DNA from: an uncultured Collinsella sp.
GTDB lineage: Bacteria; Actinomycetota; Coriobacteriia; Coriobacteriales; Coriobacteriaceae
NCBI GenBank assembly: GCA_902492545.1
Contig: CABULX010000001.1
Location: 1-42,486 of the forward strand
DNA length: 42,486 nt
Direction: 5' to 3'
In this document: in pieces, positions 38,152-42,486 of the stretch
How positions within the stretch are numbered: position 1 is the first letter of the stretch
Layout: the number at the start of each line of letters is the position of its first letter
The notes under the pieces: model-generated
Databases searched by the model: none
What the model saw: the letters and a program-made list of their open reading frames with translations, nothing else
Told to the model about the DNA's origin: nothing
Program-made: the position numbers and the translations under genes

Positions 38152-38181
38152 TGGGATGCCGGTCTGGCGATCGGCATCCCA
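38152..38181 (+). other. Stem-loop between oppA and oppB
   Basis: TGGGATGCCGGTC-TGGC-GATCGGCATCCCA. Confidence 0.7.
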
Positions 38182-38211
38182 TTTAGGTTAATCCCTAGAT
38201 AGGGGAGTGGT

Positions 38212-39249
38212 ATGGGTAAGTACATCGTTAAACGTGTGCTTCAGTTCATCCCGGTATTTTTGGGCGTTACGCTGATTCTGTTCGCCCTCCAGAATATCGT
38301 GCCGGGAGATCCGATCAAGCTGATCGGTGGAGACAAGGCTCTGTCCCCCGAGGTGGAGCTTCAGCTTCGCGTCCGCTATCACCTGGTCCAGTCGGACGAG
38401 GACGGCAACGCGATCCTTGACGAGAACGGCGACCCCGTTCAAACGTCGCTCGTGGACCGTTACTTGTATTACATGAACGGCCTGCTTCATGGCGATCTGG
38501 GCAATTCGTATCAGCGCAAGCTGCCGGTTACGGATATCTTTGCCCAGAAGTATCCGTATACGGTCAAACTTGCCGCGTGCGCCATCGTGCTCGAGGCAAT
38601 TATGGGTATCGGTGCGGGTATCATTTCGGCGGTAAAGCGTTATTCCTTCTGGGATATTTTGGTAACGCTCACCACGTCGATCCTCGTTGCGGTCCCGGCC
38701 TTCTGGCTCGGTATGTTGCTGCAGCTGTTCTTTGGCGTCATCCTCAAGGACGCCACGGGCGGTGCAATCTCCATGCCGATCTCGGGTGCCGGCGGTTCCA
38801 GCTCTCAGTATCAGGATTGGATGCACTATGTGCTTCCGACCATTACGCTGGCTTCGGTTTCGACCGCTTATGCTGCGCGCATCATGCGCTCGCAGCTGCT
38901 TGACGTCATGAACCAGGATTACATCCGTACGGCAAAGGCCAAGGGTCTCTCCAATCGTGCGATCATCGTCAAGCATGCGCTTAAGAATGCACTCATCCCC
39001 GTCGTTACCTATATTGGTGTCGACTTTGGCGGCATGCTTTCGGGCGCCATCCTGACCGAGACGGTCTTTAACTGGCCCGGTATCGGCTATGAGGTCTATC
39101 GCGCCATTAGCATGCGTGACTGGCCCATCGTTATGGGCGGCGTTACGCTCATCGTCGTCGTCGTTATGGTGATCAACCTGCTCGTCGACATTAGCTATGC
39201 ATTCCTCGACCCGCGCATCCGCCTTGGCGGTCCGTCGGATAAGGCCTAA
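38212..39249 (+). CDS. oppB: Oligopeptide ABC permease
   Basis: PGDP, GDLGNS, PAFWLG, DYIRTAKAKGL, LDPRIR. Confidence 0.93.
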   Translation: MGKYIVKRVLQFIPVFLGVTLILFALQNIVPGDPIKLIGGDKALSPEVELQLRVRYHLVQSDEDGNAILDENGDPVQTSLVDRYLYYMNGLLHGDLGNSYQRKLPVTDIFAQKYPYTVKLAACAIVLEAIMGIGAGIISAVKRYSFWDILVTLTTSILVAVPAFWLGMLLQLFFGVILKDATGGAISMPISGAGGSSSQYQDWMHYVLPTITLASVSTAYAARIMRSQLLDVMNQDYIRTAKAKGLSNRAIIVKHALKNALIPVVTYIGVDFGGMLSGAILTETVFNWPGIGYEVYRAISMRDWPIVMGGVTLIVVVVMVINLLVDISYAFLDPRIRLGGPSDKA

Positions 39250-39263
39250 GGGAGGTACGTCTC

Positions 39264-40199
39264 ATGCAGGAAACTGATTCTCAGTCTCAGGAGCAGGCTA
39301 CCGCCACCAAGGCCGCATCTGCTCCCGCCAAGTCCCGCACGCTGTGGGGCGACGCTTTTAAGCGTCTTCGCAAGAACAAGCTCGCCGTTATCGGTGTCTG
39401 CTGGATCATCATCGTCGTTGTGGTTGCCCTGACCGCAGATCTGTGGGCTAAGCCCTGGCTCGGTTCGCCGACAGCTTCCGACTCGACCACCATGGCCGAG
39501 ACGTCGCTGCTGGCTCCGTGTGCCGAGCACCCGTTTGGCACCGACGCCCTTGGTCGTGACATTCTCGTCCGCGTTATCTACGGTGCGCGCGTTTCGTTGT
39601 CCGTCGGAATTATGGCCACCGCGATCTCCACGCTGATTGGTCTGGTCATGGGTGCTCTGGCCGGTTTCTACGGCGGCATCTGGGATACGATCATCATGCG
39701 CTGTGCGGACATCTTCCTGGCGTTCCCGTACGTGCTGTTCGTTGTCGCCATGATCGCCGTTATCGGCCGTGGTCTTCAGAACGTCTTTATCGCCATCGGC
39801 ATTCTTGGCTGGCCTTCGATTGCGCGCGTCTTCCGCTCTGCAATCTTGACGGTCAAGGAAAACGACTATGTTGATGCTGCGCGCGCGATGGGTGCATCTG
39901 ATGCTCGTATCGTTGTACGTCACATCTTCCCGAACTCCGTCGCCTCCATCGTGGTCTACGCGACCATGAACATTGGTGGCGCCATTCTGACCGAGTCCGC
40001 TCTGTCCTTCCTCGGCATGGGCGTTATTCCGCCTACGCCTTCGTGGGGCTCCATGATTCAGGACGGTCAGCAGTATCTTCTGACTGCTCCGTGGATGATG
40101 ATCATGCCCGGTCTGGCAATTCTCTCGACGGTGCTCGCCTTCACCCTGCTGGGTGACGGTCTGCGCGACGCCCTCGACGTCAAGATGAAGGACGCATAA
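39264..40199 (+). CDS. oppC: Oligopeptide ABC permease
   Basis: HPFGTDALGRD, DYVDAARAMGA, ESALSFLG, GDGLRDALD. Confidence 0.93.
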   Translation: MQETDSQSQEQATATKAASAPAKSRTLWGDAFKRLRKNKLAVIGVCWIIIVVVVALTADLWAKPWLGSPTASDSTTMAETSLLAPCAEHPFGTDALGRDILVRVIYGARVSLSVGIMATAISTLIGLVMGALAGFYGGIWDTIIMRCADIFLAFPYVLFVVAMIAVIGRGLQNVFIAIGILGWPSIARVFRSAILTVKENDYVDAARAMGASDARIVVRHIFPNSVASIVVYATMNIGGAILTESALSFLGMGVIPPTPSWGSMIQDGQQYLLTAPWMMIMPGLAILSTVLAFTLLGDGLRDALDVKMKDA

Positions 40200-40201
40200 G
40201 G

Positions 40202-41292
40202 ATGAAGAAGAACAAGAACTATGTGGACCTGAAGGACCAGCCGGTTCCCGAGGGCCAGCATCTGCTCGAGGTCGATGACCTAAAGATGTATTTCCACACC
40301 GAGGATGGCGTCGTTCGCGCTGTCGACGGTGTCTCCTACACGCTCGATCGCGGCGAGACCCTGGGCGTCGTCGGTGAGTCCGGCTCTGGTAAGTCCGTGA
40401 CCGCCATGACCATCATGGGCCTCATCTCGATGCCTCCGGGAAAGATTGAGGGCGGCGACGTTCGCTATCGCGGTCGTTCGATCCTCGAGATGACTGAGGA
40501 AGAGATGCAGCACATTCGCGGTAACGATATCGCGATGATCTTCCAGGATCCTATGACCTCCTTGAACCCGGTCTATAAGATCGGCAAGCAGGTGGGCGAG
40601 GGCCTTCGTCTGCACCGTGGTTACTCCAAGCAGGAGGCGCTCAAGCGTGCCACCGAGCTTTTGGACCTCGTTGGTATTCCCGAGCCCGAGAAGCGCGTCA
40701 ATGAGTATCCGCACCAGTTCTCTGGCGGTATGCGTCAGCGCGTCATGATTGCCATGGCCCTTGCCTGCGACCCCGATATCCTGATTGCCGACGAACCCAC
40801 GACGGCCCTGGACGTTACCATTCAGGCTCAGATTATCGAGCTTATGCAGGAAATGCAGGAGAAGAACGGCAACGCCATCATCATGATCACCCATGACCTG
40901 GGTGTCGTCGCTGATATGGCCGACAAGATCATGGTTATGTACGCCGGCCGTCCCGTCGAGTTCGGTACTGCTGAGGAAATCTTCTACGAGAGCCGCCATC
41001 CCTACACCTGGGGTCTTATTCGTTCCATTCCGGAGCAGGCCATCGAGGAGAAGAAGCCATTGACGCCGATTCACGGCAACCCGCCTTCGCTCATGAACCT
41101 GCCCGAGGGCTGCGTGTTCTCGCCTCGTTGTCCCTATGCGACCGATAAGTGCCGCAAGCAGCGCCCCGAGCGTGTCGTCACCGAGTCTGGTCACTACTCT
41201 GCGTGCCACTACTCCGGTGACCCCGAGTTCCTCAAGAACGCTCCTGAGACGTCCCGTACGCGCAAGGATTCCAAGAAGGGAGGCGAGGCGTA

Positions 41293-41293
<1 letters not shown>
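40202..41293 (+). CDS. oppD: Oligopeptide ABC ATPase
   Basis: GESGSGKS, FSGGMRQR, DEPTTALD, C-terminal Cys motif (GCVFSPRC..C..SACH). Confidence 0.95.
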
Positions 41294-42321
<1,028 letters not shown>

Positions 42322-42372
42322 CCGGTTGTTATCGTCCGGGCCCGTGCTGGACTTAGTTTTCAGAACGTCCTC

Positions 42373-42432
42373 GACCATGGAAACCCCCTTATCCTGCTCC
42401 TTCGGAGCCGCGGATAAGGGGGTTTCCTGGTC
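42373..42432. terminator. Long stem-loop at end of opp operon
   Basis: GGAAACCCCCTTATCC / GGATAAGGGGGTTTCC perfect 16-bp arms, outer GACCA/TGGTC, inner GCTCC/GGAGC. Confidence 0.65.
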
Positions 42433-42486
42433 TGACGCTCCTATTTGGCAAGGTGTTTTTTAGAATCAAATTTGCGCTCGGTCTCG

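Overview
High-GC bacterial chromosomal window; gene content and order suggest Coriobacteriia (Collinsella-like), which is an inference and not a database match. Left: coaE, a lytic transglycosylase, uvrB, a minus-strand block (two flavoproteins, Mrp/ApbC, LTA-synthase-family protein), then uvrA, ybaK, murJ, uvrC. Middle: a ~10.7 kb sialic-acid catabolic cluster between uvrC and rapZ. It holds a dipeptide-family ABC importer with a fused permease-ATPase, two CE7-like esterases (the second lacks the catalytic Ser), and nanA-nanK-nanE, with no regulator, sialidase or nagAB. Right: rapZ-whiA (no yvcK), gap-pgk-tpiA-gpmI, a RAYT-like HUH/Y1 transposase with a C-terminal HTH flanked by ~37-bp hairpin-forming inverted repeats, secG, and a complete opp/dpp operon. 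Best leads: the RAYT element and its ends, the esterase/pseudo-esterase pair, the multi-branch nan leader, shared palindromic operator candidates, and a remodelled Cys-rich region in UvrC. No rRNA, tRNA or CRISPR array was seen. All structures were read by eye, not computed.
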